From Ignavibacteria bacterium (GTDB lineage: Bacteria; Bacteroidota; Ignavibacteria; Kapaibacteriales; UBA2268): 63,164 nt of DNA. The notes under the pieces were generated by a model, which searched no databases, was not told the DNA's origin, and saw nothing but the letters and a program-made list of their open reading frames with translations. The stretch spans positions 1-63,164 of the forward strand of contig JAAYJM010000096.1 of NCBI GenBank assembly GCA_012522895.1. The letters run 5' to 3'. Below, piece by piece: positions 17,870 to 28,600 of the stretch (within the stretch, counting starts at the first letter, position 1; every line of letters starts with the position of its first letter). A program made the translations under genes and the position numbers.

Positions 17870-18038
17870 TCTAATCATTCCGCTTTCTCGTCCTCACAAA
17901 ATATCGCAAGGTCAATTTAAATAGGCACCAAACTCCTTGGCAAAGCGTGAAACTCCCTATCTTTTCTTATGTTTATTTTCCTAACTAAATATAAATTCGT
18001 ATTTTAGTAGATATTTTTTACAAGTAATAAGAAATTGT

Positions 18039-18620
18039 TTGGAAATGTATTTATTTGGAAATATATTAGTAAGGAAAGAAGTAACGAATAGTTATTTTAA
18101 ATGCGATTTAGCAGAGTGCAAGGGTGCTTGTTGCACTTTTTTGGGAGAACGCGGGGCGCCGCTAAAAGATTATGAAATTCCAATATTAGAAGATATTTTT
18201 CCGATAGTTAAAGAATATTTACCCAAAAAAGCACTTGAAGTAATTGAGCAGCACGGCTTTTATGAAGGGTATGCAGAAGATTACGCCACTATGTGCATTA
18301 ATCATCGCGATTGCGTTTTCGTTTATAATGAGGGACCAATAGCAAAATGTGCAATAGAAAAAGCTTATTTTGATAAGAAAATTGATTTCAGGAAGCCTAT
18401 TTCCTGTCATCTTTTTCCGATAAGAATTGCCCATTATCCGCAAACGCATTATCGCTATGAAAAAATTAGCGAATGCAAGGAGGCAATTAAATGTGGAGAG
18501 GCTGAAAAAATGCTGCTCGCAGAGTCCCTTGCTGAGGCATTGGAGCGTGAATTTGGCAATGAATGGACCGAGCAATTTATAGAATTTTGTAAAAACAATG
18601 AAGCTAATAGAAAATTATAG
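18039..18620 (+). CDS. Cys-rich DUF3109-like protein
   Basis: 193 aa. CDLAECKGACCTF...GAPL near the N-terminus matches my recollection of the DUF3109 pattern. Confidence 0.55.
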   Translation: MEMYLFGNILVRKEVTNSYFKCDLAECKGACCTFLGERGAPLKDYEIPILEDIFPIVKEYLPKKALEVIEQHGFYEGYAEDYATMCINHRDCVFVYNEGPIAKCAIEKAYFDKKIDFRKPISCHLFPIRIAHYPQTHYRYEKISECKEAIKCGEAEKMLLAESLAEALEREFGNEWTEQFIEFCKNNEANRKL

Positions 18621-18650
18621 AGTTGGATTGAACTTTTTTAAACAAATAAA

Positions 18651-20351
18651 ATGAAACTATCATTAGGAGTAAAAACATCTCTGGCGCAAACCTTGACGCC
18701 ACAGCAAATTCAATATTTGAAATTGCTACAGCTGCCGGTTGTTCAATTAGAGCAGCAAGTTCTTCAAGAAATTGAGCAAAACCCAATGCTTGAAGAGATC
18801 TATTCAGATGAAGCAGCAACAGAGGCGAATGAGGATTTCGAGCCAGCAGTTGAAGAGCAAAATGCCAGTGGAGAGCACGAGGGAAGCGAACTGGAAAGCG
18901 CTGAAGAATTTAATCAAATTAATGACGCCAAAGATCCTTTTGAGTTCTATAAATTAATTTGGCAAGATAATGAAGAAATTGGACAAAAAGGACAAGCTAT
19001 TCAGCATTCTGGCGATGATGAACAAGAATATCAAATTAAAGACAGCGTTTCATTTTTAGATGAGCTTTTGCAACAGTTTCGTATGCTTCCTTTGAAGGAA
19101 GAAGAGATGATTTTAGGGGAGCATATTATTGGAAATGTTGATTCAGACGGCTATTTAAGACGAGAACTCGAAGATATTGTAGACGAAACAAACCAGCATA
19201 TTGAAGAGCAAAACATTAAAACAAAAAGGTATTTAGAGCAAAAGCATAGCGATAAAAACAATAAAGAAACTTTTGAAAATCCTGCGCGGGAGTTTGCAAT
19301 TCCAAGCAGCATATTGGAAATTATTGATTTAAGTAAGGATTACGAAGAAAATTCAGTGCTTAGTAAAATCAAGGACGGGACTCTTTTCCTGCCTCACTTT
19401 ATTAATGAAGTTGATTTAGAAATGGCAGAAAATGTTCTTGGACAAATACAGACCTTAGACCCCCCGGGCATTGGCTCAAGGACCGTCCAAGAGTGTTTGA
19501 TTGCTCAATGCGAAGTAATTCCAGAGCCAAGCGAATCTCAGGAGCTTGCCCTTAAAATTTTACGAGAAGGCTATGATGCTTTTACAATGAAGCACTTTCA
19601 TGTTTTGCTCAAGCAATTTGAAGTAGACGAGGATGAGCTTCGTCAAGCAATCGACATAATACGCAAGCTCAATCCAAGACCCGGCGCCGGTGATTCAAAC
19701 CTTGCTATTCACACCGTAATTCCAGATTTTATAGTAGAGCGGGACGAAGAAAAAAACGAAATTTTTATCACGCTCAACGATAGCAGAATCCCCCCCTTGC
19801 GTCTCAATCAAGCTTATGAAAAATTGAAGGCAGATGCAAATTTTAGGAAATACAATAAAGACACACGCGAGTGGATTCGCAATAAGTATGAAGATGCTAA
19901 ATTTCTTATACAAGCAATTCGCCAGCGGAAAAATACGATGCTTAAAGTGATGACTGCCATTGCGGCTTTGCAAAGAGAGTTTTTCGAGGTTGGAGCAAGT
20001 GCTTTAAAACCACTTATCTACAAAGATGTTGCTGACGATACTGGCTTAGACATTTCAACTGTTTGCAGAATCGTAAACGGAAAATATGTCCAAAGCGAAT
20101 TTGGTGTTTTCGAGCTTAAATACTTTTTCAGCGAATCGCTTCCAAATGTTGACGGAGAAGATGTTTCTACCACAGTTGTAAAGCAAGTAGTTAAAGATAT
20201 TATTGATGCAGAATCAAAAAGCAAGCCGCTGAGCGACGAAGCTATTGTGTCAGAGTTGAAAAAGCAAGGATACAAGGTTGCAAGAAGGACTATTGCAAAA
20301 TACCGCGAGCAATTGAAAATTCCTATTGCAAGATTGAGAAAAGAAATATAA
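18651..20351 (+). CDS. rpoN: RNA polymerase sigma-54 factor
   Basis: It has a Gln/Leu-rich region I (LTPQQIQYLKLLQLP), an acidic region II, and the C-terminal HTH plus RpoN box ARRTIAKYREQL. At 566 aa it is longer than usual. Confidence 0.9.
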   Translation: MKLSLGVKTSLAQTLTPQQIQYLKLLQLPVVQLEQQVLQEIEQNPMLEEIYSDEAATEANEDFEPAVEEQNASGEHEGSELESAEEFNQINDAKDPFEFYKLIWQDNEEIGQKGQAIQHSGDDEQEYQIKDSVSFLDELLQQFRMLPLKEEEMILGEHIIGNVDSDGYLRRELEDIVDETNQHIEEQNIKTKRYLEQKHSDKNNKETFENPAREFAIPSSILEIIDLSKDYEENSVLSKIKDGTLFLPHFINEVDLEMAENVLGQIQTLDPPGIGSRTVQECLIAQCEVIPEPSESQELALKILREGYDAFTMKHFHVLLKQFEVDEDELRQAIDIIRKLNPRPGAGDSNLAIHTVIPDFIVERDEEKNEIFITLNDSRIPPLRLNQAYEKLKADANFRKYNKDTREWIRNKYEDAKFLIQAIRQRKNTMLKVMTAIAALQREFFEVGASALKPLIYKDVADDTGLDISTVCRIVNGKYVQSEFGVFELKYFFSESLPNVDGEDVSTTVVKQVVKDIIDAESKSKPLSDEAIVSELKKQGYKVARRTIAKYREQLKIPIARLRKEI

Positions 20352-20388
20352 ATTTGTTTTTCTATTTATGAACTAAAAAAGAAATCTA

Positions 20389-21768
20389 ATGAATAGATTT
20401 TATGGCGAGTTTGAAAGTTCAAACTCCGAGTATAAGGATAAATTAAAACAATATTTAAAAGACTTTAGAAAAGGTGGTATAAATAGATCCAATCTCCCTG
20501 ATCTAGAAACTTTAGAAGATATTATTTACTACTGCTTTGAAAATGAGAACTATACTGATGCCTTATTTGTTTGCGATAAATGGACAAAGGAGTTTCCCGA
20601 TTCTTCTGAGGCTTGGATAAAAAAAGGACTAACGCTTTTGCGAATGAACCGATTGCGTGCCTCCATAGTTTGCTTCAACAAAGCCCAGCTACTCAACCCA
20701 TCTGATTTTGAATCGCTGATACATAAATCCTCAGCTTTTTTTGAATTAGGCAATCTTAGCTATGCTCTTTTATTAGTAGAAAAAGTCCTCGAATCTGACC
20801 CGGGCAACGAAGAAGCGCTTTTTAATAAAGGTATGATTTTAACGGAACTTTACGATTACGGCGCAGCAATCGAAATATTTAATATCTTGCTTGATTCTGA
20901 TGAGTTTAGCAGAGATGCTTGCGCTGAGCTTGCTTACTGCTTTCTATCATTAGAGGATTTTGAAACTGCAAAAATATATTTTGAGCGTGCAATTGATTAC
21001 GATCCTTATGATTATTATTGCTGGTATAATTACGGAATGATGCTCAGCCAAGGTGCTAAATTTTACCGCGCAATTCGTTGCTTCGATTTTGCACTTTCAA
21101 TAAAAAACGATTTCACTCCAGCTTTATATGAAAAAGGAAAAGCACTTTCAGCACTTGGAAAAGTAAAGCAAGCTATTGAATCTTTTAAGCTGTCGCATTT
21201 ATCAAGCCCAAAAGACATTGATATTCTTTTAGATTTAGCGCACACTTATTTAGAGCTTGATGAATTTGGCTTAGCCTTCTTTTATTTTAACAAAGCAATA
21301 AAAGTGGATTCAAAAGATTACGAGCCATATTTGGGCAGAGGCGCGGCATATCAAGCCATTTTTGAGCACGAAAAAGCCCTACTGGATTTCAATTCTGCTT
21401 TGGAGCGAGATCCCTTTAATCCATCTATTTGGCACGCAAAAGCAAACCTTTTAACTGCCCAAGGCAGGCATCAAGAAGCAAACGATTGCTTTTATTATGT
21501 TTTAAAATATGAGCCCACAAGTGCTGAAAATTGGTTTGATTATGCAATGAGTTTTCACAATATAGACCAGCATAAAAAAGCAATTTATTGCCTGCACAGT
21601 GCTTTGAAAATTGAGCCTTGCCATGCCAATGCTTATAATTGGCTCTATTTGTTTTATTCATTGATTGATGAAACTGATTTAGCTCATAAGTATTTACGCT
21701 TAGCTTACTTACTTGAGCCAAGGAAATTTGCTGATTTACTAAAACAAAGCGAAGATAAAGCTAAATAG
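20389..21768 (+). CDS. tetratricopeptide (TPR) repeat protein
   Basis: 459 aa with many 34-residue A/Y/L-patterned repeats, for example AWIKKGLTLLRMNRLRASIVCFNKAQLLNP. Confidence 0.8.
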   Translation: MNRFYGEFESSNSEYKDKLKQYLKDFRKGGINRSNLPDLETLEDIIYYCFENENYTDALFVCDKWTKEFPDSSEAWIKKGLTLLRMNRLRASIVCFNKAQLLNPSDFESLIHKSSAFFELGNLSYALLLVEKVLESDPGNEEALFNKGMILTELYDYGAAIEIFNILLDSDEFSRDACAELAYCFLSLEDFETAKIYFERAIDYDPYDYYCWYNYGMMLSQGAKFYRAIRCFDFALSIKNDFTPALYEKGKALSALGKVKQAIESFKLSHLSSPKDIDILLDLAHTYLELDEFGLAFFYFNKAIKVDSKDYEPYLGRGAAYQAIFEHEKALLDFNSALERDPFNPSIWHAKANLLTAQGRHQEANDCFYYVLKYEPTSAENWFDYAMSFHNIDQHKKAIYCLHSALKIEPCHANAYNWLYLFYSLIDETDLAHKYLRLAYLLEPRKFADLLKQSEDKAK

Positions 21769-21897
21769 ACTGCTTTAAATACTTAATTTAAATATTATTT
21801 TAGTAGAAAAGACATCATTTCTGTTTTTACTTATGCGCAAATCAGCTCAAAATTTAATTTTGGCTCAGGCACTCCAAAATATTATAAAGAGAATTAG

Positions 21898-23379
21898 TTG
21901 TTGAAAGAAATGCAAATATATTTATATAACTCCCTTTCACGAGCAGTCGATAAATTTACACCAATTAAGGAAAATTTAGCTCGCATCTACTCCTGCGGTC
22001 CTACCGTCTATAATTATGCACATATTGGGAATATGCGTGCATTTTTGTTTGCCGATTTGCTGCAAAGAGTAATGCGTGTTGTTGGCGCTTTTGATCTGCA
22101 ATGGGTGATGAACATCACAAACATTGACGACAAAACCATTAGAGACAGCCAACTTGGAAGCGAGCTTTGGAAAAAAGAAATGGGAGAGCAAAGCGATTCT
22201 CCGCTTGAAAATCTATTGAAACTAACTAAATATTACGAAGAAGAATTTTTAAAAGACCTTTCTTTGCTCGGTTTAGATTTAAAACACTTTTACGCGATGC
22301 CCAAGGCAACCGATTATATTGAGCAAATGCAAAATTTAATCCGCTCTATATACGATAATGGTTTTGCTTACATATCCAATGGCTCAATTTATTTTAACCT
22401 AATGAAATGGCACAAGCAAGACAGATACGGGAAACTTTTCAACATAGATTTCGAGCATTTTAAAGCGGGAGTTAGAATTGATAGCGACCAATATGAGCGT
22501 GAGCAGGCAAACGATTTCGCGCTTTGGAAAGCAAGAAAAGAGGGTGAGCCATTTTGGGAATTTAAACTCGGAGGAGAAAACTGCGATGGACGTCCGGGCT
22601 GGCATATAGAATGCTCTGCTATGTCTGCTGAATTGCTTGGCGTTCCTTTCGATATTCACACTGGTGGAGTTGACTTGAAATTCCCACACCACGAAGACGA
22701 AATAGCTCAAAGTAAAGCTGGCTATGGACTTGACCCAGTAGTCCTTTGGTGCCACAACGAGTTTCTTGAGGTGGAGGGCGCTAAAATGAGCAAGTCAGCT
22801 GGAAATTTCTTCACATTGCGGGATTTAATTGAAAAAGGGCTAGATCCTATCGACATTCGTTTTGCAGTACTTTCTGCTCATTATAGCTCTGTGTTTAATT
22901 TCACTTTCGATGGAGTGGAAGCCTCAAGAAAAGCAAGATTGCGCGTTCAGGATTATATTTATTCCCTATTTGAAGCCCTTTCTAATGATGAGCTATCAAA
23001 TAGCTTGCAAAGCGATCTAATTATTGCTCTAAGAAAAGAAATTTTTAGCCATTTGGCAAATAATTTGCACACTCCAAAAGCACTTGCTACGCTTTTCAGT
23101 TGGTTAAATAATCACACTGTTCAGGACTTAACAAATGAAGAAAAAGCAGACCTAATAAAACTATTTAGCGAATTAAACGGGATTTTTGCCGCTTGGAAAA
23201 TCCAAAGGCAAACGAAAGAAAGCTCAATCCCAAAGGAAATAAGAGATTTAGCTGAATTACGTTTAAAAGCAAGAAGAGAAAAGAATTTTGAAGAATCCGA
23301 TATTTTAAGAAAGAAAATTATTGAACTTGGCTATTCTATTAAAGATAGCAAAGATTCTTACACTATTGAAAAATTGTGA
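21898..23379 (+). CDS. cysS: cysteine--tRNA ligase
   Basis: Class I motifs are present: HIGN (YNYAHIGNMRAF), KMSKS (GAKMSKSAGN) and the Zn-binding CGRPGWHIEC. The likely true start is the ATG at 21910. Confidence 0.95.
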   Translation: MLKEMQIYLYNSLSRAVDKFTPIKENLARIYSCGPTVYNYAHIGNMRAFLFADLLQRVMRVVGAFDLQWVMNITNIDDKTIRDSQLGSELWKKEMGEQSDSPLENLLKLTKYYEEEFLKDLSLLGLDLKHFYAMPKATDYIEQMQNLIRSIYDNGFAYISNGSIYFNLMKWHKQDRYGKLFNIDFEHFKAGVRIDSDQYEREQANDFALWKARKEGEPFWEFKLGGENCDGRPGWHIECSAMSAELLGVPFDIHTGGVDLKFPHHEDEIAQSKAGYGLDPVVLWCHNEFLEVEGAKMSKSAGNFFTLRDLIEKGLDPIDIRFAVLSAHYSSVFNFTFDGVEASRKARLRVQDYIYSLFEALSNDELSNSLQSDLIIALRKEIFSHLANNLHTPKALATLFSWLNNHTVQDLTNEEKADLIKLFSELNGIFAAWKIQRQTKESSIPKEIRDLAELRLKARREKNFEESDILRKKIIELGYSIKDSKDSYTIEKL

Positions 23380-23508
23380 TCTAAGCTCTTTGATATAATC
23401 AATCAAAGTGTTTAGCTTTGATTGACTATACCAAAACTGAACTTATTTTTTGATAGAAAGCAAAATACTGAATTTTGCTGAAAAATAATTTTAACGAGAA
23501 AGAGGCAA

Positions 23509-25353
23509 CTACTTTCCACGCCTTGACAACTCAACTTTAAACTTCATTAGTTTAGCATCTCGAAGCAATTCAATTTCAACGACATCGCCAGGGCTATGCT
23601 CGCGAATTGCATAAGTTAAGTCATAAAGATTGTTTATAATTTTTTCTCCAAATTTTGTAATAATATCGTCCTTTTTTAGTCCGGCTTTTTCAGCCGGGCT
23701 TCCTGCACTTGTTCCCGAAATTTGAAAGCCAAAAATATTATCTTCAAAATTAGGCACTATTCCAAACCAAGCTCCTTTACCCGCCCCCTCGCCAGACATT
23801 GCATCTTTAAAATCCATTTTTACAAGAGCGTATTCCGGCTTAGCTTCATTATTTCCAATATAATCTAAAATTTTCATAGAAAAGTCGCTAACTTTTGCCA
23901 TACCTTCAAAATTTATTTTTTCAAAAGTATCGCTTGGCTGGTGATAATCCGAGTGCAAACCAGTAAAAAAGAATAGAACAGGGACATTATTAGCATAAAA
24001 AGAACTGTGGTCGCTTGCACCAAAAGGGTCAGCAGATTTCGACACAATAAGCTCTTCGATAATCGCTATCGAGTCGACAAGGTCTTCAAAGTATGGCGAA
24101 GATCCTGTTCCAATCACGCTAAGCTTATCATAGCTCATTCTTCCTACCATATCGAGATTGAGCATAAAAATAGTGTTTTCCAATGGAATAAGCGGATTGC
24201 GAACATAATGACTTGAGCCTAATAAACCCATTTCCTCGCAATTAATTGCAAAAAAGACAACAGAGCGCTTTAAGGGCTTTTTAGCAATTCTATCGGCAAG
24301 CTCAAGAAGAACCGTTGTTCCAGAGCCATTATCATCGGCTCCATTGTGAATTTGCGGTTTTTTACCGCGATACAACGAATTGGGACCACCCCAGCCGAGA
24401 TGGTCAAAGTGAGCCCCTACAAAAAGATATTCTTCCGCAAACTTTGGATCTTTTCCCCGCACCATTCCAAGCACATTTGGAACTTTTGCCTCAACTATTT
24501 CAATATCGGTTTTCACGCTGACAGTAGTGTTTGCAAGAACAAAACTTTTTGGTTTTTGCTCTTTAAGGATTTCCTGCTCAACCAGGTAAAGTTGCCTATC
24601 GCGAGGGAAAAACTTTGAGAGGCTTGTCCTTGATGCTTGAATGACCGGGATATTATTGCTTTTGAAAAAGCGAACAAGCTCAAGCGGGATAAAGACATCA
24701 GAGGAATCGCCCTGGTCTTTTACGAAAATAATAGCTTCAGCCCCTTTCGATTTAGCGGTGGAGGCTTTATATTTTAACTCGCTATATTCCTTAAACTTAG
24801 AAATTTTAGGACGCCCTTCAGCAGAATCAATTAGGACGATAACAGCTTTCCCGCTTACGTCTATGCCTTCATAATCATCATATCCAATATTGCTTGCACT
24901 AATGCCATAGCCAACAAAAGCAATTTCTCCCGAAAAACTTGCATTGTCCGAAAAACTAATAGGGTAGTAGTCTTCGCCAAGCGTCCATTTTCTTTCAACT
25001 GGCTTAAGCTTATCAACTGGAATGCCTGGCCTTTCTATAAGCACATTGAAGGAAACGCTGTTTTCTTTGCCAGCCTTGGCGCCGGAGGAAATTGAAAAAT
25101 ATTGAAAATAATCTTCTCCAAGCGGGCTAAGTCCAATATTTTTAAAATGATTTGCTATAAAATCAGCAGCATCGAAATTGCCCTTTTTCCCCGGCTCCCT
25201 TCCTTCCAACTCATCGGAGGCAAGGTAACGTAAATACTCTTTCATTCTCTCAACAGCCTGTTCTTCTCCAAAGGCCAGATTCAAATTCAGCACAGGGAGA
25301 ACTAAAATGAGAAAATAAAAGAGAATTTTTCTATGTAATAATTTAAATCGCAT
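23509..25353 (-). CDS. secreted M28 aminopeptidase with PA domain and C-terminal PDZ domain
   Basis: It has a signal peptide and the M28 metal ligands HFDHLG, DDNGSGT, EEMGLLGS and DMVG. The C-terminal PDZ-like segment is SGTSAGSPAEKAGLKKDDIITKFG. Confidence 0.8.
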   Translation of the reverse strand: MRFKLLHRKILFYFLILVLPVLNLNLAFGEEQAVERMKEYLRYLASDELEGREPGKKGNFDAADFIANHFKNIGLSPLGEDYFQYFSISSGAKAGKENSVSFNVLIERPGIPVDKLKPVERKWTLGEDYYPISFSDNASFSGEIAFVGYGISASNIGYDDYEGIDVSGKAVIVLIDSAEGRPKISKFKEYSELKYKASTAKSKGAEAIIFVKDQGDSSDVFIPLELVRFFKSNNIPVIQASRTSLSKFFPRDRQLYLVEQEILKEQKPKSFVLANTTVSVKTDIEIVEAKVPNVLGMVRGKDPKFAEEYLFVGAHFDHLGWGGPNSLYRGKKPQIHNGADDNGSGTTVLLELADRIAKKPLKRSVVFFAINCEEMGLLGSSHYVRNPLIPLENTIFMLNLDMVGRMSYDKLSVIGTGSSPYFEDLVDSIAIIEELIVSKSADPFGASDHSSFYANNVPVLFFFTGLHSDYHQPSDTFEKINFEGMAKVSDFSMKILDYIGNNEAKPEYALVKMDFKDAMSGEGAGKGAWFGIVPNFEDNIFGFQISGTSAGSPAEKAGLKKDDIITKFGEKIINNLYDLTYAIREHSPGDVVEIELLRDAKLMKFKVELSRRGK

Positions 25354-25362
25354 TTCTTACTC

Positions 25363-25617
25363 TTATTTTACTAAAACAATCTTTTTTAAAGCTGAGCTTT
25401 CTCCGTCAGATATTCTTAAAAAATACAGTCCCGACCCAGTCAAGGCAGAATTAAAAGAAAGCGCGTATTTATAAGTGCCGCGCTCCAAATAGCCATTAAA
25501 AACAGAGAATTGGACATTGCCAAGTCCATCAATAAGCTCTATTGAATAGTTTGCTTCTTTTGGAATGCTAAGCTCCAAAAGAGCTTGGTCTCTAATTGGA
25601 TTTGGACTTATCCGAGC
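25363..25617 (-). other. T9SS type-A C-terminal sorting domain coding segment (S8 protease)
   Basis: The last 84 aa read ARISPNPIRDQALLEL...GLYFLRISDGESSALKKIVLVK. Confidence 0.7.
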
Positions 25618-28600
25618 AGAATAATATTTTTCAAAATCTTCGACTGAGCTTGCTTCTTTCCCAGAGCCAGTTAATTTTACGCTCAAAATCTCTGGATCGC
25701 CATCGTTTGTAATTTTTAAGCTTGCAGTTCTTTCTCCAACAATATCTGGACTAAACTTAATTCTTAAAGTTGCTGTATTGTCTGGCTCAATAGAACTGGG
25801 AGCTGTGTTGCTAATCACAAAAACTCCGTCTGGAACTGCTTCACCCGGCACAATTTCGACATTTGAGATATTGACCGGGACGGTGCCAGTATTTTTAATT
25901 TGCACACTTTTTGTAGAGCTTGAACTCAGCATTACAGTATCGAAATTGACAGTCGTTCCGCTTATGCTTGTAAGCTCTTTTTTAGCACTGGCGGGAGTGT
26001 AATCAAATTGCAATGTTGAAATAATTGGTTTGCCAATTTGCCAAAGCTTAATCTTTCCATACTCATTAGCAAAGCCAGTCGCTTGATGTATATCCGCTTG
26101 CATTTGGCTGAGGACTGGTTTCCAGCTTGCTCCATTATCATTTGTGGAATATACTTGCCCAAAAGAGCCAACTACATAGATTTCTTTTGAATCCGGAGGC
26201 GAGTAAACTGAAACTGGAACAATCCCATCATTAGTAAAATTATAACGATTCGGAACCCAGGTCAAGCCACCATTAGAAGACGAAGCAACTAAAGCATCGC
26301 CGCTGTTTGTTTCATTGTAAATTGCAATGCCGTTATGCTCATCTTTAAAACCAAGCAGGTAAATATTCGAGGCTTTTTGAATTGAAACAAGATCCCAATT
26401 TCTACCTCTGTTCGAGGTAAAGAGAATTCGTCCCTTATTCGTTCCAAACCAACCCTTATTTTCAAACCAAGTTGAGCCGTTTATAAAAACAGATTCTCCA
26501 GCCATAGGAGGCGGGGCATACGTTACAAGCGACCAGTTTGTGCCACCATTTGAGCTATACCCAATGCCAAATTTACCGGACTTTTGCTCACCAATTAAGC
26601 AACAGTAGTTCTCGTCAAACATTTTTATACCTGTTACAATATTTGTAATTGCTTCCACAGAACTTGAAGTCCAGTTTTTTCCTCCATCTATCGTTTTATA
26701 AACCTCACAAACCCCTGTTTCTACTCCAGCTCCACAAAGTGCATTTTTATTATCCAAAGCATCTACACAAAAAATATTTTTCTGCAATCCAATGATATTA
26801 ACGCTATTTCCATCAACTAAAAATAGACTTGGACCACCATTTTTAAGAAAGCCAGCAGCCCATAAATTATTAGCACTTGGAGATACCGCACCATAGCAGG
26901 TGAATGCTAAAGCGTCTGGAATAATGCAGCAAATTGAATAAGCGTTCTTTGAGCCAATATGTATAGGAACTTGAATAATTTGATAATCCACGTATTCATC
27001 GTGAGCAACTGTTAAAAACAAATCGGCGGCTCCAATCATCCAAGGATTATTGTCTTTTAATTGTATTTCTATTTCAAAATCTTTTGTTTCCAGCTCTCCT
27101 AAACTACCTATATCCAATTCAAAATCGGTGAAAGTAACGAAATTTGAAATTGGTGTAATTCTTAAAAAAACGTTATCAGCATAGCCGAGATAGTTTTTTA
27201 TGCTCAGAATTAATTTTGTTTTTTCATAGCTTGTTATTGCGTCAGCATCATAAAATCTTAAGCCGCTAATCTCGAATCCAGCAATTTTTTTGTTTGATTC
27301 TGCTCTATTATAATCCACTGCTTTATAAGCATTTGCTCTTCCATAATAAAGATGTCTTTCGCTCATTGTTTTTGCTATAACGTTGTCGCTGGTGCTTCGG
27401 ATTTGGCGAATCACTCTTTTCACTCTCTCCTCAGGAGTAGAAGAGCCAGTCATCCACTCTGGATGTGAGCTGAGCACAAGCCCCGCTATGCCGGAAACAA
27501 TTGGAGAGGACATTGAAGTTCCACTCAGTTTGCCATACATGTTACCTGGCAGAGTAGAAAGAATATTATCACCAGGGGCGTAAACAGTGACTAAGCGACC
27601 TCTATTTGTGAAATCAGCTAAAGTATCGGCTTCAGTGGTGGCGCCAACGCATAAAACATTTTGATAGCAAGCTGGAAAAGTTATCCTTTTGTCGATATTA
27701 ATGCCATCATTACCAGCCGAGGCAACTACAACAGAACCTTTGCTTAGAGCATAATTTATTACGTCTTGCTCAACAGCACTATATCCAGAGCCTCCCCAGC
27801 TACAATTAATAATGTGAGCGCCATTGCTTGCTGCGTATACTATTCCATCATAGCCACGCCAGATGCCGCCAACATACTCTTGATCTGAGGCGCATTTTAC
27901 CGACATTAATCTGCAGTTATATCCAGTTCCGGCGATTCCCTTTAAGTTATTAGTTGCAGCAGAGGCGCAGCCCGCAACGTGTGTGCCATGGCTTTGCTTT
28001 GCGTTCCTTGGGTCATTGTCCTCTTTCCATTGCTTATTCAAAGCCTCGGAAGTGGAAACATTTCCCACAAAGTCCCAACCGTAAACATCATCGACAAAAC
28101 CATTTCCCTCATCATCAACACCGTTCCCCGGTATCTCACCCGGGTTAATCCAAGCATTTGCCCCCAAGTCTTCATGAAGATAATCCACACCAGTATCAAC
28201 AATTGCGATCACAATATCTGGATCTCCTTTCGTAATTTCCCATGCCTCCTTAGCTTTAATATTTTCCAAAGCATATTGGTAAGGGAATTGCGTGTCGTCT
28301 GGGATATGATGCAAATAGCGTTTATAAATTGGGACCGCGTATTCTACCTCCGGATTGCTAAGCAAATCAAAGCATACTTTATAAACATCTTCACCAGAAT
28401 TGAAATGAATCTCGTAAATTCTACTTAACTCTTCTTCTTTCGTCCCTTTTTGTTTAGATCTAACAGGAAGATTCACAGCTGGCTTTATTTCTTCAATACT
28501 CAATTCATTAAGCGAAGTCATCAAAACAGAGGAAGTTAATGTAAGGTTTCCATCGCCAATGTCTTCGACTTTTTTTGTTTTTAAATGAAAGGCGTTTGGA

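Noticed and set aside
17880-18038. Relatively GC-rich leader upstream of the DUF3109/rpoN genes with a duplicated AAACTCC motif; possible riboswitch or sRNA.
   Set aside because: I could not fold it into any recognisable riboswitch or conserved RNA structure, and no terminator or anti-terminator pair is seen. The evidence is insufficient.
21428-21445. Sigma-54-like string TGGCACGCAAAAGCA, and a second one (TGGCATATAGAATGCT) near 22604.
   Set aside because: Both lie inside coding sequences (the TPR gene and cysS). In the first, GC is offset by one position from the GG-N10-GC spacing. In the second, the -12 element is poor.
21769-21897. T-box or other leader upstream of cysS.
   Set aside because: There is no specifier-loop or T-box consensus (AGGGTGGNACCGCG-like) and no terminator hairpin. 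The region is short and AT-rich.
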